Shown here: piece by piece, positions 12,590-30,744 of the stretch
Layout: the number at the start of each line of letters is the position of its first letter
How positions within the stretch are numbered: the first letter of the stretch is position 1
From: Macrostomum lignano
Taxonomy: Eukaryota
Reading direction: 5' to 3'
Assembly (NCBI GenBank): GCA_002269645.1
Contig: NIVC01002521.1
Span: 1 to 64,000 of the forward strand
DNA length: 64,000 bases
Position numbers and translations under genes: made by a program
Notes under the pieces: generated by a model
What the model was told of the DNA's origin: nothing
Seen by the model: the letters and a program-made list of their open reading frames with translations, nothing else
The model's database searches: none

Positions 12590-12980
12590 ACTACGTCACC
12601 AATTTAGACAGTAAAGCGTCACCAATTTAGACAGTAAAGCGTCACCAATTTAGACAGTAAAGCGTCACCAATTTAGACAGTAAAGCGTCACCAATTTAGA
12701 CAGTAGCGTCACCGATTTAGAAAGTATAGCGTCACTAATTTAGACAGTAGCGTCACCGATTTAGAAAGTATAGCGTCACTAATTTAGACAGTAGCGTCAC
12801 CGATTTAGAAAGTATAGCGTCACCAATTTAGACAGTAGCGTCACCGATTTAGAAAGTATAGCGTCACCAATTTAGACAGTAGCGTCACCGATTTAGAAAG
12901 TATAGCGTCACCAATTTAGACAGTAGCGTCACCAATTTAGACAGTAGCATCACCAATTTGGACTGAAGCGTCACCAATTT
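12590..12980. repeat. Minisatellite with alternating 21/23-nt units (GCGTCACCAATTTAGACAGTA / GCGTCACCGATTTAGAAAGTATA)
   Basis: Tandem copies seen directly. Confidence 0.95.
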
Positions 12981-13404
12981 CGACAATATCAGTTTAAAGA
13001 ATTCAGAAAGAGCTCGCCAACTTACACAAATCAAGAGTTCAAATGGTAAGATTTGAAATCCCAGCCACCGTCTTTTGTCAGCTTATCAAGTGGACTGGCT
13101 AATCAAATCAAATTATGGGGACACTCTGATTGCAAGTGAAGCAAGTCAGGAAAAGTCTGATTTATCGATCGCAATCCCAGTCGAGAGAGAGTTCAAGAAA
13201 CTTTTTGCTGTTCCAAATGTACTTAAATTTGATTCTTTCGTGCAAGGAACAGCACGATACGCTGATTAGTTTTAGGTTGAAAAAAATCTTTTTAAGTTTG
13301 GATAAAATGTCCTAGTTTTACTACTTAAGTAAAGTGGCAGTAGCCAGTCAGTAGCTATGAGAAAAAAATCATTTTTAATTACAACAATATAAATTTTTTA
13401 ACAA

Positions 13405-14125
13405 TGACCCCTCAATCTACTGCAAGACCCCTCAATCTACTGCATGACTCCTCAATCGACTGCATGACCCCTCATTCTACCGAATGAACCCCCAATCTAC
13501 TGCATGGCCCCTCCAATCTACTAAATTACCCCCGCAATCTACTAAATGACCCCTCAATCTACTAAATGACCCCTCAATCTACTAAGTTACCCCTCAATCT
13601 ACTAAATGACCCCTCAATCTACTAAATGACCCCTCAATCTACTAAATGACCCCTCAATCTACTAAGTGACCCCTCAATCTACTAAATGACCCCTCAATCT
13701 ACTAAATGACCCCTCAATCTACTAAATGACCCCTCAACCTACTAAATGACCCTTCAATCTATTAAATGACCCCTCAACCTACTAAATGACCCCTCGATCT
13801 ACTAAATGACCCCTCAATCTAGTAAATGACCCCTCGATCTACTAAATGACCCCTCAATCTAGTTAGTAAATGACTCCTCAATCTACTAAATGACCCCTCG
13901 ATCTACTAAATGACCCATCAATCTACTAAATGACCCCTCAATCTACTAACTGACCCCTCAATCTACTAATGACCCCTCAATCTACTAAATGACCCCTCAA
14001 TCTACTAAATGACCCCTCAATCTACTGCATGACCCCTCAATCTACTGCATGGCCCCTCAATCTACTAAATGACCCCTCAATCTACTAAATGACCCCTCAA
14101 TCTACTACATGACCTCTCAATCTAC
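13405..14125. repeat. Minisatellite, 20-nt unit TGACCCCTCAATCTACTAAA
   Basis: Tandem copies seen directly. Confidence 0.95.
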
Positions 14126-15039
14126 GGTTCTCTCTTGAGGGCATCCTGACTCCTCTAGCCCATAGCTCTATTGTTAAACGGCTAGATACCGTCATAAAAT
14201 GAAAGCTATATGCAATCTTGACCCATATGGCCTCTCAATGATTGACTGACAGAGATCAGTATATATTCAAAACTCGAATATTTTGCCTGCCTGCAGCAAA
14301 GCCCATTGTGCCGCTCTCAGTGTAATGTCACTGAACTGTCTCTCTCTAAGTAGCCGGATGATCAATGACCATTACTTACTGAACACATTGGCCGGGTTAC
14401 ACAGCTGTTTTGCAACCAGAGGTCAGTGTAAGATTCTCCATACAGATTTTACATTATCTCAAAAATAATCTTGAAGGCGATTGTGTATGGATGAGACGAT
14501 ATAATATGGTTACTATAGACGTTTCATAGACGATTGTCCAACTTCTATTAGGTTGCTTTCACGTAGAGTTCGGGTTGCACAAGCAGTTCACCCAGTGGAT
14601 TACCTTCTCTCCATGGGAACTAATATATAACTAACTAAACTCTATATGAGCTGCCAATTGTTGCATCAGATCGTGAATCTAAAATATGGGGAACTGCCAG
14701 GGCCTGCATGCAGTTTCTAAGGCCAAAAAACACATTGAGCTCTCTAGTTGCTCAACAGCCAGCATTGGGAGGAACAAAGTTTAAGGATTGTTTTGGTTGT
14801 TTAGCCACCGAACCCCAGGTTTATTGCGTGCCAAAATTGAAATAAAATTCTCAGCTCGTGGAAAAAGCAATTTAGAACTTAAACGTATAAAAGGAGACTC
14901 ATTCACACTTCATTGTAGGGTTTACTGTTTACATATTGGATTGCGCAAGGTTCCATATGGAACCGATTCAAATGAATTTTCCTTATTTTGCCTCTGTTCA
15001 ATTGAAACTGAAGGTAGAAAATAGAAAATGTAAAAATGT

Positions 15040-15620
15040 GGGAGAGGAGAGGGTTGAGAAGAGAGAGTGGAGAGAACAGAGTGGAGAGGAGAGAGTGAGA
15101 GAGGAGAGAGTGGAGAGGAGAGAGTGGAGAGTAGAGAGTGCAGGAGAGAAGAGAGTGGGAGAGGAGAGAGTGGAGAGGAGAAAGTGGAGAGGGAGAATAG
15201 GAGAGGAGAGAGTGGAGAGGGAGAATAGGAGAGGAGAGAGTGGAGAGCAGAGAGTGGAGAGAGGAGAGAGTGGAGAGGAGAGAGTGGAGAGAGGAGAGAG
15301 TGGAGAGAGGAGAGAGTGGGAGAGGGGAGAGTGGGAGAGGAGAGAGTGGGAGAGGAGAAAGTGGAGAGGAGAGAGTGGAGAGGGAGAATAGGAGAGGAGA
15401 GAGTGGAGAGGGAGAATAGGAGAGGAGAGAGTGGAGAGGGAGAATAGGAGAGGAGAGAGTGGAGAGCAGAGAGTGGAGAGAGGAGAGAGTGGAGAGGAGA
15501 GAGTGGAGAGAAGAGAGTGGAGAGAAGAGAGTGGGGGGAGAGAGTGGAGAGAAGAGAGTGGAGAGTAGAGAGTGAGACGAGAGAGTGTGGGGAGAGAGTG
15601 GGAAAGGAGAGAGTGGGAGA
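15040..15620. repeat. GA-rich low-complexity tandem repeat (GGAGAGGAGAGAGT-like)
   Basis: Almost purine-only tract. Confidence 0.9.
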
Positions 15621-16274
15621 TACTAGGAGACTGCACAGAAGCAGCTCAAAGCAGTCAGCAATCCAGGCAAGCAGCTCATTAGCGACTCGGTGAAGGCAGG
15701 TGAAGTGATCTGGGATAAAAGAACCCCCCCCCCAGTCCGCAAATTTCATGTCGTTAGGATTGAGTTTCGGAAACTGAGGCTCCCCGAGTCTCAGGTCCTG
15801 CGCCGCCATATCATCCGTGTTCGATAGAAAGATTCCTTGTAAATTTTCGAACAAAACATGGCGGGCTGGACAAAGAGGGGGGGCGCCGAACAAGAGGAGG
15901 GAGGGGAGCCGCCCCTATGACGGCGGGGGGCATGCACAGATTAACAACATGGCATTGAGCAGGAGCCGTGTCTTGTCATTTAGTTTAGCGAAGTTAGTTG
16001 TGACATAAGGGCGGGCGATGGGGTTGGAGTGGGGAGAGAGTCTCGGGGACCTGGCTCTGGGATCTTTGACTCAAAACCCTTCTCTTCCATAGCCTCCCTG
16101 ATTTTTTCTCCCTACGCTCTCGCATGCATCTCTCTTCAAGGGGATATTGTTCAGCCTCAGCTTGCATCGGACGACTTCCTCAGTGCTGGGTTGAGAGATG
16201 ACACGGGCTTACTTGGGGCAAAACAAAGTTGATACTTCAAAGTACGTCGAGCATTTTAAAGAATTTAAAAACAC

Positions 16275-16500
16275 CCAGCTACGGCGCCTCAAACTCCAAG
16301 CTGCGGCGCCTCAAACTCCAAGCTGCGGCGCCTCAAACTCCAAGAAATGGCGCCTCAAACTCCAAGCTGCGGCGCCTCAAACTCCAAGAAATGGCACCTC
16401 AAACTCCAAGCAATGGCACCTCAAACTCCAAGCAATGGCGCCTCAAACTCCAAGCAATGGCGCCTGAAACTCCAAGCTAGGGCGCCTCAAACTCCAAGCC
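16275..16500. repeat. Minisatellite, ~20-22-nt unit (AAT/TGC)GGCGCCTCAAACTCCAAGC
   Basis: Tandem copies seen directly. Confidence 0.9.
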
Positions 16501-17144
16501 TGACTCTGACAATAGATTTCGTCAACTTAGACGTACCTTAGTACAATAGAAAAAAAACAATATTTTTAGTTACGTTGGCGATAATTTCAATTATGAATTT
16601 TATGAGTGTGGAAAGCATATCAACTTTAAATAAACAAATATTACGACTAAATAACTGTGGAGATATGGTGTTAAGGCTTCCAATATTTTGCTAGCATTCT
16701 GTCGCTACCTAAATGTACAAAGAGTGAATTTAGAATCATAGCTTCATTTAATATTTATGAGAACCACTCAAAGAGAAAACAGTGTTTAGTTAGTGGAAAC
16801 AAACAATAAGCAAAAAATGGTCAAAAACTACTCATGTAAGATTTTTATCTTGTAATTCTCTTTGAATCAAGACAATTTTTATACTCGGTTTGTGTAATTT
16901 CAAGTGTGCTTTTGTCTGTATGCCTGTATTTTGAGATTTTACATATGGGAGTTATGGAATTTAGCATGCAGTGATTGGTTTAGATTTTAGAATCGAAACT
17001 GCAAGGTCAGCGCTGCAGCTTGTAAAGGAAGAGATTGAATCAGTTGATCTATTTCCATGGATACACAAAAATAATTTATATTGTCCTTTGGATTAACAAG
17101 CAGGACATGCTTCATTTCAAAAATTATTGTTACCATGGTAATCT

Positions 17145-19350
17145 TGTGTCTGTAAGTGGCGCCATTTTAGCGGTGTCTGTAAGTGGCGCCATTTCAGAAG
17201 TGTCTGTAAGTGGCGCGATTTCAGAAGTGTCTGTAAGTGGCGCCATTTCAGGGGGTGTCTGTAAGTGGCGCCATTTCAGGGGTGTCTGTAAGTGGCGCCA
17301 TTTCAGGGGTGTCTGTAAGTGGCGCCATTTCAGGGGTGTCTGTAAGTGGCGCCATTTCAGGAGGGTGTCTGTAAGTGGCGCCATTTTAGCGGTGTCTGTA
17401 AGTGGCACCATTTCAGATGGTGTCTGTAAGTGGCGCCATTTCAGATGTTGTCTATAAGTGGCGCCATTTTGAGGGTGGCTGTAACTTGCGCCATTTCGGG
17501 GGTGTCTGCAAGTGGCGCCATTTCAGGCGGGTGTCTGTAAGTGGCGCCATTTCAGGCGGGTGTCTGTAAGTGGCGCCATTTCAGGCGGGTGTCTGTAAAT
17601 GGCACCATTTCAGGCGGGTGTCTGTAAGTGGCGCCATTTCGAGGGTGTCTGTAAGTGGCGCCATTTCAGAAGTGTCTGTAAGTGGCGCCATTTCAGAAGT
17701 GTCTGTAAGTGGCGCCATTTCAGATGGTGTCTATAAGTGGCGCCATTTCGACGGTGGCTGTAAGTGGCGCCATTTCAGGAGGGTGTCTGTAAGTGGCGCC
17801 ATTTCAGAAGTGTCTGTAAGTGGCGCCATTTCAGGCGGTGTCTGTAAGTGGCGCCATTTCATAAGTGTCTGTAAGTGACGCCATTTCAGATGGTGTCTAT
17901 AAGTGGCGCCATTTCGAGGGTGGCTGTAAGTGGCGCCATTTCAGAAGTGTCTGTAAGTGGCGCCATTTCAGGGGGTTTCTGTAAGTGGCGCCATTTCAGG
18001 GGTGTCTGTAAGTGGCGCCATTTCAGGAGGGTGTCTGTAAGTGGCGCCATTTTAGCGGTGTCTGTAAGTGGCGCCATTTCAGAAGTGTCTGTAAGTGGCG
18101 CGATTTCAGAAGTGTCTGTAAGTGGCACCATTTCGAGGGTGTCTGTAAGTGGCGCCATTTCAGAAGTGTCTGTAAGTGGCGCCATTTCAGAAGTGTCTGT
18201 AAGTGGCGCCATTTCAGATGGTGTCTATAAGTGGCGCCATTTCGACGGTGGCTGTAAGTGGCGCCATTTCAGGGGTGTCTGTAAGTGGCGCCATTTCATC
18301 ATTGTCCGTAAGTGGCGCCATTTCAGGAGGGTGTCTGTAAGTGGCGCCATTTCATCATTGTCCGTAAGTGGCGCCATTTCAGGAGGGTGTCTGTAAGTGG
18401 CGCCATTTCAGATGGTGTCTGTAAGTGGCGCCATTTAAGAAGTGTCTGTAAGTGGCGCCATTTCGAGGTTGTCTGTAAGTGGCGCCATTTCAGATGGTGT
18501 CTGTAAGTGGCGCCATTTCAGATGTTGTCTATAAGTGGCGCCATTTTGAGGGTGGCTGTAACTTGCGCCATTTCGGGGGTGTCTGCAAGTGGCGCCATTT
18601 CAGGCGGGTGTCTGTAAGTGGCGCCATTTCAGGCGGGTGTCTGTAAGTGGCGCCATTTCAGGCGGGTGTCTGTAAGTGGCGCCATTTCAGGCGGGTGTCT
18701 GTAAGTGGCGCCATTTCAGGCGGGTGTCTGTAAATGGCACCATTTCAGGCGGGTGTCTGTAAGTGGCGCCATTTCGAGGGTGTCTGTAAGTGGCGCCATT
18801 TCAGAAGTGTCTGTAAGTGGCGCCATTTCGAGGGTGTCTGTAAGTGGCGCCATTTCAGGGGTGTCTGTAAGTGGCGCCATTTCAGATGGTGTTTATAAGT
18901 GGCGCCATTTAAGAAGTGTCTGTAAGTGGCGCCATTTCGAGGTTGTCTGTAAGTGGCGCCATTTCAGATGGTGTTTATAAGTGGCGCCATTTAAGAAGTG
19001 TCTGTAAGTGGCGCCATTTCGAGGTTGTCTGTAAGTGGCGCCATTTCAGAAGTGTCTGTAAGTGGCGCCATTTCAGATGTTGTCTATAAGTGGCGCCATT
19101 TTGAGGGTGGCTGTAACTTGCGCCATTTCGGGGGTGTCTGCAAGTGGCGCCATTTCAGGCGGGTGTCTGTAAGTGGCGCCATTTCAGGCGGGTGTCTGTA
19201 AGTGGCGCCATTTCAGGCGGGTGTCTGTAAGTGGCGCCATTTCAGGCGGGTGTCTGTAAGTGGCGCATTTCAGGGGGTGTCTGTAAGTGGCGCCATTTCA
19301 GGCGGGTGTCTGTAAGTGGCGCCATTTCAGGCGGGTGTCTGTAAATGGCG
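17145..19350. repeat. Minisatellite, ~27-28-nt unit GTGTCTGTAAGTGGCGCCATTTCAGRN
   Basis: Roughly 80 tandem copies (span divided by unit length); a diagnostic variant block recurs near 17445, 18520 and 19076. Confidence 0.95.
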
Positions 19351-20114
19351 CCATTTTTTCGGGTCCCGTCATCAACCACACTTTTTTACTCCATCAGTAA
19401 AAGAAAAAAAATCGTTTTTAAAATGAAGTTCTTTGTTTCAACCTGTATTCTTTTTGGATTGCCGTTTTATAATAATTGAAAATTTCTAATACTTACTCCC
19501 ATTTTTTCGAATGACTTTAAGTTCCCTCATTAATTAAGAATCGATAAAAAGCAGTGGCGGGGGGGCAATTCACAGATAGAATGTAAAAGTAGATAACCGC
19601 GCTTTACCAACAAAAAACCATGACAGATCACCCGCTGTTGCTATGACTCAATACTCAATAGTTAGTGTAGGATAGATAGAGAATATGAAATGATAATTGA
19701 ATTTTGAAGTCAAGCTAGGTTGGTTTCATAATTAATGATTAAATTATAATCTTGGATTAAAATTCAGAGTTCAGAACCAGTAGGTAGGTCTGATATATGA
19801 AGGCTGCTTGTTGCCAGTTCAGAAAGAGCCCGCCCACCTCCAACAGACAGGGGCACTTCTGGTTGGGTCTGCAGTGGCCTCATCCAATTGCTCCAGACTC
19901 CCCATTGACGAGTCGCAGCCAATGAGAAGCTGCCCCCCCCGTGACTCTCCCCCCCCGATCCCACCAAAAGAACCGCCAACCTCTCTCCTCGTATCTAACA
20001 AATTCCTTGCCCTCAAAGAAGTCAAATCTTTAATCCCAGTTGACAAATCTTCATTTAAACACAGAAACTGTGTTTTCAAACAAAGCGAATTGATTTTTCT
20101 GGTAAATCTTTCCA

Positions 20115-23786
<3,672 letters not shown>

Positions 23787-23984
23787 TGCTTGGCAGAGTT
23801 TTTATTTACTGTTTATAACCCTGACAGCTGTGTGCGCGGCTGCGATGTCTGAGAATGTTCCTGTCCTGCATGCCATTTCTCTACTTCAGGCATATGCGAT
23901 ATTTGTGTTTTTATTGTAGTTCCGTTTCACGTTTAGCAATAGCCTGTAATCTGTCAGCGTACACAGCTTTGCAACTGTCAGTCC

Positions 23985-24268
<284 letters not shown>

Positions 24269-25154
24269 CCCTGCACGGGGTCAGAAACTATGCCCTTATA
24301 GGCAGAAATAAAGGCCCAAAAATATTTGTAGCAGCTTAAAAAGTCACTTTTCAAATGTTCAGTACTCTCAGTGAGTCCAAATGCTTCGCACAGAAGCCTC
24401 AGTCAGTGTTAAGCGTTGCAATAAAGCAGCAAAACTGCATCAGATTGAAGCTTCACCGATGCCATCATAAACTTTAACTCTGGTTTTTTCCTTCTGGCCA
24501 GATTTGACTTTCATATTTTCAGTTTTCACTACGTCCTTGACACCCTGACGGACAGGACTTATTAGTGGCACGGGAGAGGGGAAGGGTTGTCAAAGTTTCC
24601 GAGCGACTTGCAGTTGACATCCTTGATTTGAGTAGAGTTGAAGAGAAGGCTGAGTAGGGGGATGCAGGCTTCACCTAATTGCCTTCTCTACTGCCATCGC
24701 TTCAATTCCGTGCCAATAAGGAAACAAGTTCTCAATAGCTGACTTGAGAGCCATAATACAGGAAGGCCCAGCTGCACAGGAGAATCATATAAGAGCCCTT
24801 ATAGATGAAGACCTGTCAGGCCTGGGTGGAGTGGATTGAGAAAGAAATTGATTCTTTGTGAGCAATACTTAACAAGCCCTATAATACTAATAATAAGTGT
24901 AATAGATTGACCTCAAGTACTTCCATAGAATTCAAAACCATTGTTGAGAAAATTAGCACGAATATGGAGAGATTGACTCGCATTTCCTGGGCGGAGGAGA
25001 TGCGCTGCTCCAAGGACAACGGAGTCCTGGCCCCGATCCACTCCTGAGACCTCTTTGCTGGTCACTAATCTCACTTAGCAATGCCTTCACTTCCGCCTTG
25101 TGTGTTTCAGACTCAGCTGAATTCCATGTGCTCTCATTCAATTCTGGACTGGCT

Positions 25155-25632
25155 CATTCTATCTCTCCTGATCTCTCATTCTATCTCTCTCTGATCTCTC
25201 ATTCTATTTCTCTCTGATCTCTCATTCTATCTCTCCTGATCTCTCATTCTATCTCTCCTGATCTCTCATTCTATCTCTCTCTGATCTCTCATTCTATCTC
25301 TCTCTGATCTCTCATTCTATCTCTCCTGATCTCTCATTCTATCTCTCCTGATCTCTCATTCTATTTCTCTCTGATCTCTCATTCTATCTCTCCTGATCTC
25401 TCATTCTATCTCTCTCTCTGATCTCTCATGCTATTTCTCTCTGATCTCTCATTCTATCTCTCTCTGATCTCTCATTCTATCTCTCTCTGATCTCTCATTC
25501 TATCTCTCTCTGATCTCTCATTCTATCTCTCTCTGATCTCTCATTCTATCTCTCTCTGATCTCTCATTCTATCTCTCTCTGATCTCTCATTCTATCTCTC
25601 TCTGATCTCTCATTCTATCTCTCTCTGATCTC
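25155..25632. repeat. Minisatellite, 21-23-nt unit TCTCTCATTCTATCTCTC(TC)CTGA
   Basis: Tandem copies seen directly. Confidence 0.95.
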
Positions 25633-26032
25633 TCCCTCAATACTTCCCGTTTACCGCAGCACCTCACACCAACCGACCGCCGCAAAATCCTCAGTCTCCA
25701 AGTTCGCAAAGAATTTCGCCAACACGAAAGCAGAACGGAAGTGGAAACAAAGATATTTTTATTTTCAGCTTCTGTGCGATGATTCCGGTTCTGCGGATTG
25801 TAAGCGCTTGGTCTTTCAAGCTTGCTGTTCAGGATAATTTCTTTCCGTTTTGAATCCTCACGCAAGGCCCTAGCAACTATTTCCCCTCTCTATAGCTGGG
25901 TGTTTCTGCCATATCTCAAAGCGCTTCCCTTCAAAGATGTTTTGAGCTTGATGAGAGAGCTGGGATTTTAGGTGTCGATAGGATGAAAATTTTACCCTAA
26001 AACTTTGCGGTAGCAGTTGCCTGGAAGCTTGA

Positions 26033-26615
26033 AAGACAGCGGCCCAGAACTGATGGACAGACAGACAGCGGCCCAGAACTGATAGACAGACAGACAGCGG
26101 CCCAGAACTGATGGACAGACAGACAGCGGCCCAGAACTGATAGACAGACAGACAGCGGCCCAGAACTGATAGACAGACAGACAGCGGCCCAGAACTGATA
26201 GACAGACAGACAGCGGCCCAGAACTGATAGACAGACAGACAGCGGCCCAGAACTGACAGACAGACAGTCAGTGGCCCAGAACTGATAGACACACACAGCG
26301 GCCCAGAACTGATGGACAGACAGACAGCGGCCCAGAACTGATGGACAGACAGACAGCGGCCCAGAACTGATAGACAGACAGACAGCGACCCAGAACTAAT
26401 GGACAGACAGACAGCGGCCCAGAACTGATAGACAGACAGACAGCGACCCAGAACTAATGGACAGACAGACAGCGGCCCAGAACTGATAGACAGACAGACA
26501 TCGGCCCAGAACTGATGGACAGACAGACAGCGGCCCAGAACTGATAGACAGACAGACAGCGGCCCAGAACTGATAGACAGACAGACAGCGGCCCAGAACT
26601 GATAGACAGACAGAT
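26033..26615. repeat. Minisatellite, 29-nt unit GGCCCAGAACTGATRGACAGACAGACAGC
   Basis: Tandem copies seen directly. Confidence 0.95.
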
Positions 26616-27557
26616 TTCCAGATTTCTCCAGCCTTATATTTCAACGATCAGGAATCCACTCAAGCTGCCCCATCCACTCGCGCTGAGCACAGCGGCACGG
26701 CAACACTCGGAGACTCCGAGAGCCAAGGCTGGATATTGGCATCCTAATTCTCAGCCCTTCAGCATCTCCGTCCCTAATCCGACTCGCTGCCCTCGAGGGC
26801 ACAGATTTACCAACTGCCTAATCCGGTCTCTGTAGCCTTCAGCAGGTGTTTAAAAAAATCGGGAGAAATATTACTGAACTATATGCTACTTTCCTCTTGT
26901 GCTTAATAAACTGGCTAAATGGTATCTTGCTCCGCGCTGCTCGAAATTCACCCACCCCCCTCCCCTGCTAATCCTCAGCCCCCAGCGGAGCAGCTGGAAA
27001 ATCTGCATCTTTATAGAGGCGGCGGAACTTAACAGAAAGAACCGACAGCTGCAAAAGGATTTTAGATAGCTGGCTCAGATGGATAGACACACTTGTGAGG
27101 CATTGATTTCATAGAAAGTACCCTCTCCGTCTCTGAGTCTCTCCTCACTCTCCATCGCCTCACCCGATCCCCCAAGCCTTGGGAGAAAAGAGAGAGAGGG
27201 AGAGACGCTTGCCAGTTGTTTGGACACGTGACGGATGCAGTGCTGCTGACATCCTGCCGGAAAGGCTTGGTGGGCAGCTCAGCGGAACCCGCAGGCCCTG
27301 AAGGGGTGCCACGCGCCATCACAGAGATACCCCCAATGGCGCTCCTTTCCTCTGTCAGGTGAATGGGTATAAAGAATGGCCCGATGAAATGGAGTAAGGA
27401 CTGTACATGTACATGTTTATCTGTGACTACCTTGAAGTCAAGTTCCAAAAAGTTAGAAAAAATTGCGTATAAAAACTTTATATTGTAAAATATTTACAAT
27501 ATTCAATTGTTGGAGCAGTTGACAGGTAAAAAAAGGGAATTCTGTGGAGCCTATTAG

Positions 27558-28235
27558 GCAGTGGACAGGTAAAAGACACACACAGTGGACAGGTAAAAGA
27601 CACACACAGTGGACAGGTAAAGACACACACAGTGGACAGGTAAAAGACACACACAGAGGACAGGTAAAAGACACACACAGAGGACAGGTAAAAGACACAC
27701 ACAGAGGACAGGTAAAAGACACACACAGAGGACAGGTAAAAGACACACACAGAGGACAGGTAAAAGACACACACAGAGGACAGGTAAAAGACACACACAG
27801 TGGACAGGTAAAGACACACACAGTGGACAGGTAAAAGACACACACAGTGGACAGGTAAAAGACACACACAGAGGACAGGTAAAAGACACACACAGAGGAC
27901 AGGTAAAATACACACACAGAGGACAGGTAAAAGACACACACAGTCGACAGGTAAAAGACATACACACAGGTAAAAGACACACACAGAGGACAGGTAAAAG
28001 ACACACACAGTCGACAGGTAAAAGACACACACAGTGGACAGGTAAAAGACACACACAGAGGACAGGTAAAAGCGACACACAGTGGACAGGTAAAAGACAC
28101 ACACAGTGGACAGGTAAAAGACACACACAGAGGACAGGTAAAAGCGACCCATAGTGGACAGGTAAAAGACACACAGTGGACAGGTAAAAGCGACCCATAG
28201 TGGACAGGTAAAAGACACACAGTGGACAGGTAAAA
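27558..28235. repeat. Minisatellite, ~24-nt unit AGWGGACAGGTAAAAGACACACAC
   Basis: Tandem copies seen directly. Confidence 0.95.
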
Positions 28236-28909
28236 AAACCTGCCTTCTCCCCGCTTGAAAACTAGCAATCCAAATTTCTATTAGCAGCCATGGATTGCTA
28301 TAGGCAGCATCTGGACTGGGTGTATCTGCACTCCATGGAGCCCGCATTATTTCCATCGCCCCGAGGCCCGATTAAGCATAGAAAATCTGGGCGCGGGATT
28401 TCTTATTGCATTTTGAGCCGCCCCCCCCCCCCCCCCCTAGACTCCCCGTGTATGCTACATCATACTCCCCTATTTTATCCCAGATCCCAAATGCCTGCCC
28501 GGGACTTCCTTTTCCCTCCCTCTTCGACTTCCTCCTCAAACCAAAAAGCGAACCCGCTTTCCGTTGCTTTTCTTAGTCCCGGTCAGAGCTTGCAGGCAGC
28601 CAACAAAGGCTCAAAGGTTTCTGAGAGCAACCAGCCCTCCAGACCTCTCTGGATTGCTTATTGATGAATAAAAATGAGCAAATTGTGCTTGCGTTCGCGG
28701 CGGTGGCGGCGCCACGGCGCTGGGGGCTCGCACCCAGGAACAGGAATACAGGCTGCGGGATATTTATACGGGGGGGGGGGTTCTTGTGTGATTAGATGCG
28801 TTTTGTTGGGTTTGGAAATCTTGACTAAATTAACTTTGTGCTTAACACAAAGAATGGTCGTAGGTAGCTAGGTATGTTGACAGGTAGATTGTTAGTTAGT
28901 TGGTTTTTA

Positions 28910-28926
28910 TTTATCTAGATAGATGA

Positions 28927-28989
<63 letters not shown>

Positions 28990-29007
28990 GATAGATAGAT
29001 AGATAGT

Positions 29008-29073
<66 letters not shown>

Positions 29074-29093
29074 CATAGATAGATAGATAGATG

Positions 29094-29181
<88 letters not shown>

Positions 29182-29184
29182 CAT

Positions 29185-29223
<39 letters not shown>

Positions 29224-29240
29224 CAGATAGATAGATAGAC

Positions 29241-29335
<95 letters not shown>

Positions 29336-29420
29336 CAGATAGATAGATAGATAGATAGATAGACAGATAGATAGATAGATAGATAGATAGACAGATAGAT
29401 AGATAGATAGATAGATAGAC

Positions 29421-29451
<31 letters not shown>

Positions 29452-29468
29452 CAGATAGATAGATAGAC

Positions 29469-29553
<85 letters not shown>

Positions 29554-29556
29554 GAC

Positions 29557-29629
<73 letters not shown>

Positions 29630-29632
29630 CAT

Positions 29633-29667
<35 letters not shown>

Positions 29668-29692
29668 CAGATAGATAGATAGACAGACAGAC

Positions 29693-29773
<81 letters not shown>

Positions 29774-29876
29774 TATAGATAGATAGACAGATAGATAGAT
29801 AGATAGATAAATAGATAGACAGATAGTTAGATAGACAGATAGATAGATAGATAGATAGACAGATAGTTAGATAGAC

Positions 29877-29907
<31 letters not shown>

Positions 29908-29928
29908 CAGATAGATAGATAGATAGAC

Positions 29929-29977
<49 letters not shown>

Positions 29978-30112
29978 TATAGATAGATAGACAGATAGAT
30001 AGATAGATAGATAAATAGATAGACAGATAGTTAGATAGACAGATAGATAGATAGATAGATAGATAGACAGATAGTTAGATAGACAGATAGATAGATAGAT
30101 AGATAGATAGAC

Positions 30113-30159
<47 letters not shown>

Positions 30160-30190
30160 CAGATAGATAGATAGATAGATAGATACAGGC
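28910..30190. repeat. (GATA)n/(GACA)n microsatellite, ~1.3 kb
   Basis: Seen directly. Confidence 0.97.
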
Positions 30191-30744
30191 AGACTAACAG
30201 ACTGACAGCAAAACAAAGACCTCAGGCAGCGAACAACGGTCCCAGTGTCACTATTTGCTCAGCTGAGCAGCACCCGCTGAGCAGCGGTCCCCATCAATAA
30301 TTGAAACCAGGCCACCAGAAACTCCTTCGCTTCCTCCTTCCCCAGCCTCATTCACTGCGCCAGTGCAGACTCCGAGAAGACTAATGATGCAGCGCAGCGA
30401 TAACAATTGATGGCGGGCCGGTCGCCTCCCAGCCTCCCTCAGGAGTACCGACCCCCGTACAACTTGTAAATCCTTCGATATACGAGCGTACCTGTCGAAT
30501 GATGATGAAGTCAGGCGCAGGAGGTGCAGAGGGTTGAGCCCAGTACGTGGAGCCAGTCTAAATTAGGCATGCAACTGCTAAAGCTTCAAGGTTGCAAAAT
30601 ATTGCAGACACTTGAGTTGCACGTTGAGTTTCAGATGCAGAATCTGGTTCCGACCCTGACTGGATGGAGCTGGCCATGCGAGGAATAAGTGATCAAGTTT
30701 TGTCAAGTAAATTTATGGATAAATAACATTTAAAGATGTACTGA

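Noticed and set aside
14922-15893. 323-aa minus ORF and overlapping GA-repeat ORFs
   Set aside because: Mostly GA repeat. The unique ~85-aa N-terminal part (MAAQDLRLGEPQFPKL...) matches nothing I recognise and has no supporting exon structure.
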